A stretch of 64,000 nt of DNA from Candidatus Woesearchaeota archaeon (GTDB lineage Archaea > Nanobdellota > Nanobdellia > Woesearchaeales > JABIAG01). The first letter of the stretch is position 1. The number at the start of each line of letters is the position of its first letter. A model generated the notes under the pieces. That model had not been told where the DNA came from and did not search any database. It saw only the letters and a program-made list of their open reading frames with translations. The stretch is from assembly GCA_018653365.1 (NCBI GenBank), contig JABIAG010000003.1, positions 1-64,000 on the forward strand, given 5' to 3'. Shown here piece after piece: positions 27,956-37,422 of the stretch. The position numbers and the translations under genes were made by a program.

Positions 27956-28733
27956 ACAGTTTTCTTAGAAGTAGACTAAATACTAATGATGCCAGTATGT
28001 ATGTACCTAACCAACCTGGTTGCCAACCGAATAGTTTTACCTTTCCTAGTGGTTTTATTGGTTTGTTGTTTATTCTAATTGATTTCACTAAGTCATCTTT
28101 TAATAGTTTTTCTGCAGGTTCATAATCGCTTTCTGTTGTGATTAGTACACTTTTATCATATACCTGTCCATTAAGTTCATATTCTAATAAGTACTTCCCG
28201 GGCGGACCTTTTAGTTTCCAACTTACGGTTTCTGCATTAATTTTTTGAGTTGCATCAGATAATATTTCAATTTCTTCAGGTGTTATGATAGTTATGTTTT
28301 GTCCGAATCCGTCTTTTAGTTCGATGGTTGTTATGAAATCTTCCATTGGCATTATTGGGTAGTATGCTAGATGTGCTGCTAACCAAGAAAAGATTATTAT
28401 GATTGGTATGAATGTGATAATTGTTGGTTTGAAACTTTGGGTCATGTATTTCATATTGGTTTCCATGGCCTGTTTTTGTACTTTCATCATTGCTTTTGGG
28501 TCCTGTCGCAAGGTTTTCATTTCACCCTGTAATTCTTTTAATTCTCCCTTCAAACGATGCATTAAGTTTTGATCTGTTGCCCATTTATAGACTAGTGTCA
28601 TGATTAATGCGATTAAGAATGAAATAATTACAATTGCCCAGAACGGACTTAGATTTAGTAAGGGTTTCAATACTGGGTCTAAAATGAAGTTTAGTGCGTC
28701 TCCTAGTGCTCGGAACATATCTTTAGAAAACAT
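27942..28733 (-). CDS. DUF106 / EMC3-TMCO1 (Oxa1 superfamily) membrane insertase with inserted soluble domain
   Basis: TM1, coiled coil, MTQSFKPTIITFIPIII, GWLGTYIL; canonical position after secY. Confidence 0.85.
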   Translation of the reverse strand: MFSKDMFRALGDALNFILDPVLKPLLNLSPFWAIVIISFLIALIMTLVYKWATDQNLMHRLKGELKELQGEMKTLRQDPKAMMKVQKQAMETNMKYMTQSFKPTIITFIPIIIIFSWLAAHLAYYPIMPMEDFITTIELKDGFGQNITIITPEEIEILSDATQKINAETVSWKLKGPPGKYLLEYELNGQVYDKSVLITTESDYEPAEKLLKDDLVKSIRINNKPIKPLGKVKLFGWQPGWLGTYILASLVFSLLLRKLFKLA

Positions 28734-28754
28734 CAACCAGGTTTAAAAAGGTTG

Positions 28755-30155
28755 CTATTCCATAAATTTTCGCATCATTGGGTTCATATCCATCATGTGT
28801 TGTTTAGCAATTTCTTCATATAATTTGTAAACAATCATAACTGTTAATAATAATCCTGTTCCTGAACTTAGTGCGCCGGATAGATCTGCAAATGCTGCTA
28901 AGAATCCAACGGTTAGTGCTCCCATTACTGTTAGCGGCCAAATGTATCTGTTTAGTACTCTTTCTAGAATTCTTTCATCTCTTCTAAATCCTGGTAGTTG
29001 TAATCCTGAAGACATCATTTGTTTTGCTTGACTTTTAGCATCCATTCCAGATGTTTGTACCCAGAATATGGAGAATAATACTGATCCCCCCATCATGATT
29101 AATATGTAAATTATAGAATTTGCCATTACTTTGCTGTTTACTGCGCCTGTGATTAGTGCTCTGATTAAGTTTGGTGCATTTACCCATTCTACTAGTCCAT
29201 GTCCTGAAGCGGCTGTTCCAACCTGTCCTAGTACATATACTGATAACCAGGTCATTAGTTTTCCACCTGAGGCCACAGCCATGTTTTGTGCAAGTCTTCC
29301 CCATAGTTGGATGTTTGCTAATAGTGCTGCTACTAGTATAACTGGGATGTTAGAAGTGTAAATAAAACTTAGTGGCCATCTTATTCCATGTCCTCGTACT
29401 CTACCAAATGATAAAGGGATCTCTACTTTCATTGCTTGTGCATATACTGCTATTACGAATACTGCGAGTGTGGCGATTATTCCGGCAAGCATGAGTGTTG
29501 CGGTTATTGGATCGCCTGCTGATACTGATTGAAATAGTGCGGGAATAGCTCCGGCTGATATCTCTGGGTTATTTGGTGATGGGAGCCAAGATAGGGCTCG
29601 CACTAGGATAGATTGCGATACTCCGGCGGCAATAAAGAGCGATATTCCTGAACCAAAGCCCCATTTCGAAACTACCTCATCTAAGAACATGATTAAAATT
29701 CCACCAACTATTAGTTGGAATACCAACAACCAGGGCGAAATTCCTGCTTCTGGACTTAATCCTCCCATGAATACGTATATGGCTGCCTCAAAGAGTATGA
29801 AAAACAATGCCATTAATTTTTGTATTCCTTGGAATCTTTTTTTACCTTCGTCTGAAGCTAGATCAAATTTCCATATTCCTGATCCATTTAATAGTTGAAG
29901 TACAATGGATGCAGTTACGATGGGTCCAATTCCGAGCGAGATTATAGATCCAAATTTTGCTCCTAGAATTACGGATAAAATTTCAAATCGTTCTAGAGCG
30001 TTTCCTCCTAATCCATAAAGGGGAATTACTCCAAGAATAAAGAATAAAACTAATATGATCAGGGTCCATTTTAACTTTTCATTAAACCCTAACTTTTTTT
30101 GCGTTGGTCCTGCTACTTCTGGCAGATTGTTTGTTATCTTATCGAAAAAACTCAT
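28755..30155 (-). CDS. secY: Preprotein translocase SecY (Sec61-alpha)
   Basis: LGIGPIVTASIVLQLL, KWGFGSGISLFIA, YTSNIP, PGFRRD, GTGLLL. Confidence 0.98.
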   Translation of the reverse strand: MSFFDKITNNLPEVAGPTQKKLGFNEKLKWTLIILVLFFILGVIPLYGLGGNALERFEILSVILGAKFGSIISLGIGPIVTASIVLQLLNGSGIWKFDLASDEGKKRFQGIQKLMALFFILFEAAIYVFMGGLSPEAGISPWLLVFQLIVGGILIMFLDEVVSKWGFGSGISLFIAAGVSQSILVRALSWLPSPNNPEISAGAIPALFQSVSAGDPITATLMLAGIIATLAVFVIAVYAQAMKVEIPLSFGRVRGHGIRWPLSFIYTSNIPVILVAALLANIQLWGRLAQNMAVASGGKLMTWLSVYVLGQVGTAASGHGLVEWVNAPNLIRALITGAVNSKVMANSIIYILIMMGGSVLFSIFWVQTSGMDAKSQAKQMMSSGLQLPGFRRDERILERVLNRYIWPLTVMGALTVGFLAAFADLSGALSSGTGLLLTVMIVYKLYEEIAKQHMMDMNPMMRKFME

Positions 30156-30625
30156 TCTTCTTTTGATTCTTTCTTAGGTTCAGACTTGTCAACTTTTTCA
30201 GTTTCTTTTACTTCTTTAGGTTGTTTGTCTTCTTTTTGAGAATTAACTTTACCGCCTGCTTTTTTAATTTTTTCTTCTGCTTTAGGTGTGCAGGTTTGAA
30301 CAGTTACTTCTAACTTTTTTGTTATGTTTCCTGTTCCGATTATTTTACTGTATCCTTCTTTTGTTAAATCAACAGTTCCGTCATATTTTTTATCAAGTTC
30401 TCTTACTGTTATTACTTTGATTTGTTTATGATGTGGATTGAATCCGTGTTTTCCGAATTTTTTTAGGTCTTTCCAGGTGGATGGCTTTTTAGAGTCTGCT
30501 CTTTTTCCGCTTCCTGCGTTTCCTTTTCCGCCTCGGCTACCTTTTCCTCTGTGTTTTTTCTTGTGACCCCATCCGTGGGTTTTGTTTCCTCTTTCTCGAG
30601 AAGTTTTAGCTCTTTTTATTATCAT
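30152..30625 (-). CDS. rpl15: 50S ribosomal protein uL15
   Basis: RGNKTHGWG...RGGKGNAG...KIKKAGG. Confidence 0.95.
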   Translation of the reverse strand: MIIKRAKTSRERGNKTHGWGHKKKHRGKGSRGGKGNAGSGKRADSKKPSTWKDLKKFGKHGFNPHHKQIKVITVRELDKKYDGTVDLTKEGYSKIIGTGNITKKLEVTVQTCTPKAEEKIKKAGGKVNSQKEDKQPKEVKETEKVDKSEPKKESKEE

Positions 30626-31059
30626 CCTAGCATCCTCTCTATTAAATCGTTAATTTTATCTCCTCTATCTCCCAATGCTCCACCTAATTTGAAGACTGTT
30701 TTGATTCCTTTTCTTCCGAATCCTTTTTTTGGTGAGTTTAGGTTAAAATAGCCTTTTTGGCCTTTCTTTTCTACTAATTTTTTGATTGTTTCGTCACTTA
30801 CGTCTCCCCAAGTCACATAATATTTTATTTTGTTAAGCATGCCCATCATTGATTCTGTTTTTTCTAAGATTACACAACAGTTTTTCTTTCTTAGTCTTAA
30901 CATGTAGGTTGTGTCTTTTATTTCTTTGTTTACTTTTACCATTCCTCTAACTAGGATTACTGCAACCTTTTCGCTCTTTTTTGTTGGAGCTTCTTTTTTA
31001 GGTTCAGAAGGTTTAGCTTCTGTTGGTTCTACCTTTTCTTGTTTTTCTTCATTCGTCAT
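30622..31059 (-). CDS. rpl30: 50S ribosomal protein uL30
   Basis: VAVILVRG, GMLNKIKYYVTWG, INDLIERM. Confidence 0.93.
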   Translation of the reverse strand: MTNEEKQEKVEPTEAKPSEPKKEAPTKKSEKVAVILVRGMVKVNKEIKDTTYMLRLRKKNCCVILEKTESMMGMLNKIKYYVTWGDVSDETIKKLVEKKGQKGYFNLNSPKKGFGRKGIKTVFKLGGALGDRGDKINDLIERMLG

Positions 31060-31828
31060 TTTCTTTTTTGATTGCTACCTTTCCAGCTACAATTCCTATT
31101 TTTTCTTTATGTTCAGGTAATGTGTGTGTTTGTGATAATTTTTTTAGTGCACTGAACCCTGCTTTTAATAAGTTGGTTCGGCTTGAGGTTTTTCCTCTAG
31201 ATTTTGACCATACATCTACAATTCCTGCCTTTTCTAATATTTTAGCAAGTTCTTTTTCTGCCATTAGTCCAGTTCCTTTTGGTGCGGGCATTAATTTTAC
31301 TACAACGCTACCACATTTTCCTTCTACTGCAAATGGGATGGTGTGTGGAGTTTTACAATCACATTGCCAACTTCCACATCCTCTTGCTATTTTTATGATG
31401 CTAACTTTTGCATTTCGTGTTGCTTTTTCTCTTGCAGGAACTGTTTCTTTACTTTTTCCAAAGTCTAATCCTACATATCCATTTTTGTTTCCTACTACTG
31501 CTACGGTAGAAAATTTTGGTTTGTTTCCTTCTCTTGTTTTCTTTTGAGTTTGTCTAAACGCACGTCTTTGTCCGCCCCCAAATTTTCCTTTTGATTGTCC
31601 TAGTAATAATAAGTCTACTTCTAAATCTGGAACTAGTAGTTCTACGATTTCTTTTTCGTATATTTTTTGTCCTGAGTCTAGTATTTCATCTAGGTCAGTT
31701 ATTTCTTTATTTTTGACTTTCTTTCCTAATGCAGTTATAGGTTTCCAGTTTTCTAATTCAAGTGTGGCTTTCTTTATTCTTTCTTCTTCGTGTTTTCCCA
31801 CTTTTACTACTTCTTGTTCCCCAGTCAT
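31049..31828 (-). CDS. rps5: 30S ribosomal protein uS5
   Basis: VVGNKNGYVG, RGCGSWQC, PAPKGTG. Confidence 0.97.
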   Translation of the reverse strand: MTGEQEVVKVGKHEEERIKKATLELENWKPITALGKKVKNKEITDLDEILDSGQKIYEKEIVELLVPDLEVDLLLLGQSKGKFGGGQRRAFRQTQKKTREGNKPKFSTVAVVGNKNGYVGLDFGKSKETVPAREKATRNAKVSIIKIARGCGSWQCDCKTPHTIPFAVEGKCGSVVVKLMPAPKGTGLMAEKELAKILEKAGIVDVWSKSRGKTSSRTNLLKAGFSALKKLSQTHTLPEHKEKIGIVAGKVAIKKENDE

Positions 31829-32316
31829 TTTATTTTACCCTTGATTTCTTCTATTTTGTTAGCAAAATCTTTGATGTGTTTTCCATTTATTCTGTCTTCT
31901 GTTGGAAATACCTCTTCTGAACATGGTACATTTAGTCCAGCGTCTACAACGCCTTTTAATGCAGAGTATATTTTGGATCCACTTAGTGAAGTGATCAAGC
32001 CAGTGTCTAAAACTGCCTCTTTTATTCCTGCTTCTAATGCTTTTTTACCTATTAGGTATCCTGTTAGGTAGGCAGCACATAAGTTTTTGGTGGAACCTTT
32101 CCAACCTAGTTTTATTAGTGCAGTTGAATCCACGCCTAATTTTACAATGTCTCCTTTAATATCGAATTTGATTACTTGAGTAACGATTTTAGTATTGGTT
32201 TTTCTAATTACTAACCTTAGTTTGTTTGAGGTTAAGGTTTTTATTCTCTTATTATAATTAGTTTTACCTTCTCGTCTTCTTCTATATTTTACTATTTGTA
32301 TATTACTTTTTTTCAT
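31825..32316 (-). CDS. rpl18: 50S ribosomal protein uL18
   Basis: RRRREGKTNY, AAYLTG, LKGVVDAGLNVP. Confidence 0.97.
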   Translation of the reverse strand: MKKSNIQIVKYRRRREGKTNYNKRIKTLTSNKLRLVIRKTNTKIVTQVIKFDIKGDIVKLGVDSTALIKLGWKGSTKNLCAAYLTGYLIGKKALEAGIKEAVLDTGLITSLSGSKIYSALKGVVDAGLNVPCSEEVFPTEDRINGKHIKDFANKIEEIKGKIK

Positions 32317-32761
32317 TTTTTAGTATCCCATGTTCTTCGAGGTAAACTTTTATGTGTCTTGCACTTCTGAAAAAGTTTCCTTTACTTTTTTTGTATAATT
32401 CTCTGTATGTTGTGGTATCAATTTTTTTATTTTCATATAGTCTTTTAATGAGCGCTCTTTGTTTTCTTATTTTATTAATCCAAGTTCTTTTGGTCTTGGC
32501 TCGGGCATTTAAGGTTCCTTTTCTAGAACCGTGTCCTTTTCTTAGTCCTTTTCTTTTTTGTTTTAATGCTTTGTTTGCTCTTGCTCGTGAAACACCCTTT
32601 TTTTGTTTGGTTTTTATTGCTTTTGTACCTAGTAATAGTTTAACATCATGTTTTGTGATTGCTTCTTTTATTTCTTCAAGTTTAGTCGGGTCTAGTTTGA
32701 TCCTTTTCGGGGAGCATTTCATTACTTTTGCCGCTATTCTTTTTTGTATTTGAGTTACCAT
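32303..32761 (-). CDS. rpl19e: 50S ribosomal protein eL19
   Basis: QKRIAA, KGVSR, GSRKG, YKKSKGNFF. Confidence 0.96.
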   Translation of the reverse strand: MVTQIQKRIAAKVMKCSPKRIKLDPTKLEEIKEAITKHDVKLLLGTKAIKTKQKKGVSRARANKALKQKRKGLRKGHGSRKGTLNARAKTKRTWINKIRKQRALIKRLYENKKIDTTTYRELYKKSKGNFFRSARHIKVYLEEHGILKNEKK

Positions 32762-32762
32762 T

Positions 32763-33338
32763 TTATACTGCACCTTTTTTGATTAATGCTTTATCTAGTT
32801 CTTTTTTCTTTTCTTCTTCGGTTTTTGTAGTATCTTGTTCAGACGCAGACTTTTCTTTTTCATCTTCTTTCTTTTCTTCTTTTTCAGCTTTTACTTTTTT
32901 AGCCTTTTTGTCTGCTTTTGCTTTTTGTTCTTCTTTTTTAGATTTTAATTTTTCTTCTGCTTTTTTGATAAATTCTTCAGTATAGTTTGCAAGTTTGATT
33001 TTTTTCTCTGTTGCTTTTTTGATTATGTCTATTTTTTTTCTTGCTCCTACTGTTGAGCCGATTACTCCAACCATTCCTTCTTTTATTAGGTTTAAGTCGT
33101 TTATGTTACAAACAAGGATCTCTTTTAATCCCTCTCTGTTTAGTCCTCGAACAGCTTTTGGTGATTTGTATCCTACTTTTACAAGTTTACCTTTGCCTCT
33201 TAGTTGTAATCTTAATTTGGAGTCGATTCCTCTTGGTTTTCTCCAATTTTTTGCTAATCTTTTTTTCTTGTGAGTGTCCTGTCTAATGAAAGTTGGTTTT
33301 TTCTTTTTCATTTGATTTCGTAGGTCTATTTGTTTCAT
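32763..33338 (-). CDS. rpl32e: 50S ribosomal protein eL32 with charged tail
   Basis: KPTFIRQD, WRKPRGIDSK, VGARKK. Confidence 0.96.
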   Translation of the reverse strand: MKQIDLRNQMKKKKPTFIRQDTHKKKRLAKNWRKPRGIDSKLRLQLRGKGKLVKVGYKSPKAVRGLNREGLKEILVCNINDLNLIKEGMVGVIGSTVGARKKIDIIKKATEKKIKLANYTEEFIKKAEEKLKSKKEEQKAKADKKAKKVKAEKEEKKEDEKEKSASEQDTTKTEEEKKKELDKALIKKGAV

Positions 33339-33889
33339 TTGATCGGTACTCCTGCTTTTTCTATTATGTAAATTCCATCCATGAAGATTCTTCTATCGAA
33401 TCTTGGTCTTTTTACCATTTTTTCGATGTCTGCAGCTATTTGTCCTGCACATTCTTTGTTTGGAGATGTAACAGTAATTATTTCACCCTCAATTTTTACG
33501 TCAGCGCCTTCTTTGATTTTGAGTACTCTTGATACTTTTTCTCCAATGAAGTTAGTTACCTCTATTTCTTGTCCTTTTAGTGCAACTCCCATTGGGAAGT
33601 GTGAAGAGCAAATTTTTAGTTTGTATACGTAAGGTTCTTTTACACCTTTTATCATATTTTTGATGTGTGATTCTAATGTGTTAATTAACTTTTTTTCAGT
33701 TTTTGATGATTTTTTCACGTTTGGTTTTAGGATTACTTTGCCCTCTTTTACTTCTGCAGTTAATCTTTTTGTTGTGATCTTCTTACTGATTTCTGCATCA
33801 CCTTTTACAGTTACAATTCTTTCAGCTATTGTAATTGTTATTCCTTCGGGGATTAGTACTTCCCTTATTAGTGTTTTTTTATTTTCCAT
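33335..33889 (-). CDS. rpl6: 50S ribosomal protein uL6
   Basis: NMIKGV, SHFP, NFIGE, DRRIFMDGIY. Confidence 0.97.
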   Translation of the reverse strand: MENKKTLIREVLIPEGITITIAERIVTVKGDAEISKKITTKRLTAEVKEGKVILKPNVKKSSKTEKKLINTLESHIKNMIKGVKEPYVYKLKICSSHFPMGVALKGQEIEVTNFIGEKVSRVLKIKEGADVKIEGEIITVTSPNKECAGQIAADIEKMVKRPRFDRRIFMDGIYIIEKAGVPIK

Positions 33890-33891
33890 CT

Positions 33892-34281
33892 TTAGTAACA
33901 ATAAGCTAGTAGTTTGCCCCCTATTTTTTTCTTTCGTGCATCATCATTTGTTAGTATTCCTTGTGATGTTGAAATGATTATTATCCCGAAATCTTTTGCA
34001 GGCAGGAATCTTTTTTCGAATTTTTCAATTTCTTCGAATTTTATGGCATATCTTGGTTTTATTGCGCCACATTTGTTAACTTTTCCTATTAGGTTTAAGG
34101 TTAGTTTTGTTCCGCCAATTTCTTGAACTTTTTCAAAACTTCCTATGTATCCTTTTTTACTTATGATTTCTAGTGCTGCCTCTATTATTTTTGAGGTTGG
34201 TTTTATCTCTACTGTTGGCTTTCCTATTTTTTCCGCGTTTAGTATTGCGGATAATGCATCTGCTAGTGTATCATTTAACAT
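33892..34281 (-). CDS. rps8: 30S ribosomal protein uS8
   Basis: NKCGAIKPR, FLPAKDFG, STSQG, GGKLLAYCY. Confidence 0.97.
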   Translation of the reverse strand: MLNDTLADALSAILNAEKIGKPTVEIKPTSKIIEAALEIISKKGYIGSFEKVQEIGGTKLTLNLIGKVNKCGAIKPRYAIKFEEIEKFEKRFLPAKDFGIIIISTSQGILTNDDARKKKIGGKLLAYCY

Positions 34282-34290
34282 TTTTTTTCC

Positions 34291-34521
34291 TCAACTATAT
34301 TGTTTAAATCCAATGTCTTCAGCGTGATCTCTGAAACATTGTCTACATAAGTGTAATCCATATTTTGATATGTGTGCTCGGGTTCTATTACATTTAACAC
34401 ATTTTTTTAGGCTTATTCCACAACTTCTGTCTTTTGGAGAGTTATGTTTTATGTATTTCTTTAATTTAGCTGGTTTTTTCTTCAGCTGTTTAAAGACTTT
34501 TTTGTAGTCTGTTGCAGTCAT
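34291..34521 (-). CDS. rps14: 30S ribosomal protein uS14 (Zn type, N-terminally extended)
   Basis: CVKC...KYGLHLCRQCFR. Confidence 0.95.
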   Translation of the reverse strand: MTATDYKKVFKQLKKKPAKLKKYIKHNSPKDRSCGISLKKCVKCNRTRAHISKYGLHLCRQCFRDHAEDIGFKQYS

Positions 34522-35033
34522 TCTTCTGCCTCCATTGTTACTTTATAATTTTCTTTCATGAATTTTATTGCATCGTCTTTGTTGATCTTGTGTTTTTGTG
34601 CTACTTTCTTCTTTTGAGTTTTTCTGTTTTTGATTCTGTAACCTGGTCTTTGTAATGTGATACATACTTGTAATCCAAGGGTTCCAATTTCAGGAGCGTA
34701 TTTTAGTCCGGGTATGTCAATGTATTCGCTAATTCCAAAAGAGATACTTCCATTTTGATCAAAATTATTTTCGCCAAGTACAAAGTCTTTAGCTTCAACC
34801 ATTCTTTTTAATACTTCTTCTGCAACCTTTTTTCTTAGTGTGATTTTACATCCAATTGGTAGTCCAGGTCTTAATCCCCAGCCTGCAATTCTTTTTTGTG
34901 TTATGGTCTTAATTGGTGTTTTTTGTGTTATGATTTGTAATAGCTTTAGACCTTTTTCTAGTTGGTCTTGGCTTTTTCCAGTCCCTATATTAAGGGTAAC
35001 CTTTTCTACTTTTACTGCTTGCATCGGATTCAT
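34518..35033 (-). CDS. rpl5: 50S ribosomal protein uL5
   Basis: MNPM, KVTLNIG, PIGCKITLR, RPGYRI. Confidence 0.97.
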   Translation of the reverse strand: MNPMQAVKVEKVTLNIGTGKSQDQLEKGLKLLQIITQKTPIKTITQKRIAGWGLRPGLPIGCKITLRKKVAEEVLKRMVEAKDFVLGENNFDQNGSISFGISEYIDIPGLKYAPEIGTLGLQVCITLQRPGYRIKNRKTQKKKVAQKHKINKDDAIKFMKENYKVTMEAEE

Positions 35034-35719
35034 TTTATCTTAACGTATGTTTTACCTTTTCCCACTACATATGCGTGGGTTTTTATAGTTTCAAATACTT
35101 CATTTTTTTCATTTTTGAATACTAATTTATTTCCTTCTACGCTTTCTACAATTCCAACAGTTCCGATGTGTTTTCCACCAGTTAGTAATATGTTGGCACC
35201 TTTTTCAAAGTTGAATTGTTCTAATATTTTTTGAGTTGGAACTTCTATTGCTACAGTTGCTTTTACTTTTACATCTGTTTTTTCTACTAGGATGTTTCGG
35301 CCATCGAATAGGTTTAGTTGTATTTTTTTTCCAACCATTACTTTGCCTTTAACTTTGTTTAATTTGATTTTTGCTTCTTTTTCATCAATTTCTATTAGGT
35401 TTAGTTTTCCTCGATCATCCAGGATTATTCTATAATTTTTTTTGATTTTTGGGAAACTAATTGTGTCCATTAGTCCAACCATTCTTTTGTGATCTTTTGT
35501 TTGTTTTCCATCAACAAGTACTTCTTGGTGGTGTAGTATGTCTCGGATTTCTTTTCTTGTTTTTCCGATTTTTAATAGGTCTCTTAATGCTAAAACTAGG
35601 GGAATCCCATATTCCATGGAGTGACTTCCAGGTTTTGGTTTTGCCACATACTTTTCTTCTTTTTTCTGGATCTTCCAGTTTTTGCTTGTTGCTATTCGTT
35701 TTAAGTGATTTTTTACCAT
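35030..35719 (-). CDS. rps4e: 30S ribosomal protein eS4
   Basis: HLKRIA, VGLMD, QLNLFDGRN, GGKHIG; true start MVKNH at 35719. Confidence 0.96.
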   Translation of the reverse strand: MVKNHLKRIATSKNWKIQKKEEKYVAKPKPGSHSMEYGIPLVLALRDLLKIGKTRKEIRDILHHQEVLVDGKQTKDHKRMVGLMDTISFPKIKKNYRIILDDRGKLNLIEIDEKEAKIKLNKVKGKVMVGKKIQLNLFDGRNILVEKTDVKVKATVAIEVPTQKILEQFNFEKGANILLTGGKHIGTVGIVESVEGNKLVFKNEKNEVFETIKTHAYVVGKGKTYVKIK

Positions 35720-35720
35720 T

Positions 35721-36266
35721 TTAGTTTTCCTTTTTTTCTTCTGTTTTTTTAACAGGTTTTGTTTCGACTTTAGTCGTGCCAGAAGTTTTCTTCTGTTCAC
35801 TTTCTTTCTTTTCTGTTGTCTTGGGTTTTTCCCGAGGCTCAGAAGCTTTTTCTTCTGTTTTCTTAGGCTTTGCCTGAGTAGTTTTTGATTCTGATTGGAT
35901 TGTTTTCATTCTTTTTTTGTCTTCTAAGTTTAGTTCCATTATCATGATGTTTGAGGGTTCTAAAGGGTATAATGATCTGCTTCCGTCTCTTTTTTTGAAG
36001 TCTAATCCTTGTATGTAGATTTTTGTGTGTTGTACACTTACTTTTTCTACACTACCTGTTTTTCCTTTGTGTTTTCCTCTCATTACTTTTACTTTGTCAC
36101 CTTTTTTTATGCCAATTGTTCGAATTTTATGTTGGGTTCTTAGTTCTTTACAAAGATGCCCTCCTAAAAACTTCTTTTTGATATGTAATGGAGCATTATG
36201 TCTATACTTTCTTTGTTTTCTTGGTTGTGTACTGTTTTTCCAAGTTGTTGAAAATGTAGTTTTCAT
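35721..36266 (-). CDS. rpl24: 50S ribosomal protein uL24 with charged tail
   Basis: STQPRKQRK, APLH, GDKVKVMRG, PSN. Confidence 0.96.
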   Translation of the reverse strand: MKTTFSTTWKNSTQPRKQRKYRHNAPLHIKKKFLGGHLCKELRTQHKIRTIGIKKGDKVKVMRGKHKGKTGSVEKVSVQHTKIYIQGLDFKKRDGSRSLYPLEPSNIMIMELNLEDKKRMKTIQSESKTTQAKPKKTEEKASEPREKPKTTEKKESEQKKTSGTTKVETKPVKKTEEKKEN

Positions 36267-36267
36267 T

Positions 36268-36669
36268 TTATACTGTTATCCTCGCTAATTTTGATATTGC
36301 AGGCCATCTTTCGCATACTTCTTTTGCGATTGGTCCTTTGAACATTGTTCCTTTTGGATTTCCTTGATCGTCTTTTAAAATTACTACTGCGTTATCTTCA
36401 AATTTTACTCTTGTTCCATCTTTTCTTCGGAATTCTTTTCTTTGTCTTACAACAACTGCATTGAATACTTGTTTTCTCATATCTGGTCGTCCTTTTTTTA
36501 CTGTTACTACAACCATGTCGCCAATTCCTGCAGCAGGTAATCTTCCTTTTACTGTTTTTCCTCTTTTTACTCCAAATATTTGAACGAGTTTTGCTCCAGA
36601 GTTGTCACAAGGTTCAACTTTTGTTCCTACGTTTAGTCCTCTTGTTACTCTAGCGCTTATTGCTTTCAT
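36268..36669 (-). CDS. rpl14: 50S ribosomal protein uL14
   Basis: CDNSGAK, AVVVRQRK, FEDNAVV. Confidence 0.98.
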   Translation of the reverse strand: MKAISARVTRGLNVGTKVEPCDNSGAKLVQIFGVKRGKTVKGRLPAAGIGDMVVVTVKKGRPDMRKQVFNAVVVRQRKEFRRKDGTRVKFEDNAVVILKDDQGNPKGTMFKGPIAKEVCERWPAISKLARITV

Positions 36670-37130
36670 TCTTCTTTTACCTTTGATTCAGATTCTTTTG
36701 ATTCTGTTTCTTCAACTTCTTCTTCAGTTTCTTTTTTCTTTTCTGTTCTTTCACTTCTTGTTCTTCCTTCTTCAAGTGCTTCTTTTCGTTCTTCGTAGTG
36801 TTTTTCTTTTCCTTGATTTTCGACAATTACGTGATGAACAGTTTTTGATAAGGGTCTTGTTGCAAATACTTTTACAATGTCTCCCTCTTTTGCGTGTATA
36901 CATTCAGGGTTGTGAACGGTGATTCTGGTTTTTTTCTTTGTGTACCTTTCATATTTTGGTATTGGTACTTTTCTTGTCCATTCTATTACTGCTGAATTGT
37001 GCATTTTTGCTTGAACTACTGTTCCAACAAATGATTTTTTCTTTACATTGATGTTTCCATGGAATGGACATTTTTGATCTGTACATTCCTTTTCAGGTCC
37101 TTTTATTCCAAATATTTCGTTTGTTTTCAT
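36666..37130 (-). CDS. rps17: 30S ribosomal protein uS17 with acidic tail
   Basis: CPFHG, KYERY, HNP, TRPLSKT. Confidence 0.96.
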   Translation of the reverse strand: MKTNEIFGIKGPEKECTDQKCPFHGNINVKKKSFVGTVVQAKMHNSAVIEWTRKVPIPKYERYTKKKTRITVHNPECIHAKEGDIVKVFATRPLSKTVHHVIVENQGKEKHYEERKEALEEGRTRSERTEKKKETEEEVEETESKESESKVKEE

Positions 37131-37372
37131 TTTAGTGATACTCTTTCTTCGGGTCTTTTTTCAAGAAGTCTGCCCTCTATTAAAAACGTTTGCCCTTTGT
37201 TTTCGATTTCGAATGTGTTTTGTTGTTTTATCATTTTTTTGTTTCCGTTTTTTGTTTTGATTGTGATTGTACTTTTTGTTTCATCGACAATTTTGCCAGT
37301 GATTCCTTTGTTGGATGGGTTGTTGCTTTCAACAACTTTTACTTGTTTTCCTATGATCTCTTGTGTTATCAT
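37127..37372 (-). CDS. rnp1: RNase P protein component 1 (Rpp29/Pop4)
   Basis: EIIG...GITGKIVDETK...RPEER; canonical position. Confidence 0.93.
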   Translation of the reverse strand: MITQEIIGKQVKVVESNNPSNKGITGKIVDETKSTITIKTKNGNKKMIKQQNTFEIENKGQTFLIEGRLLEKRPEERVSLK

Positions 37373-37422
37373 TTTCTTTTCCTGAAAATGATTCAAAAAT
37401 CATTTTTGATTTTTGTTATCAT
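37364..37422. repeat. 50-bp palindromic insert with 9-bp direct repeats at the sui1/rnp1 junction
   Basis: tgttatcat at 37364-37372 and 37414-37422; internal caaaaatca-tttt-tgatttttg. Confidence 0.75.
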
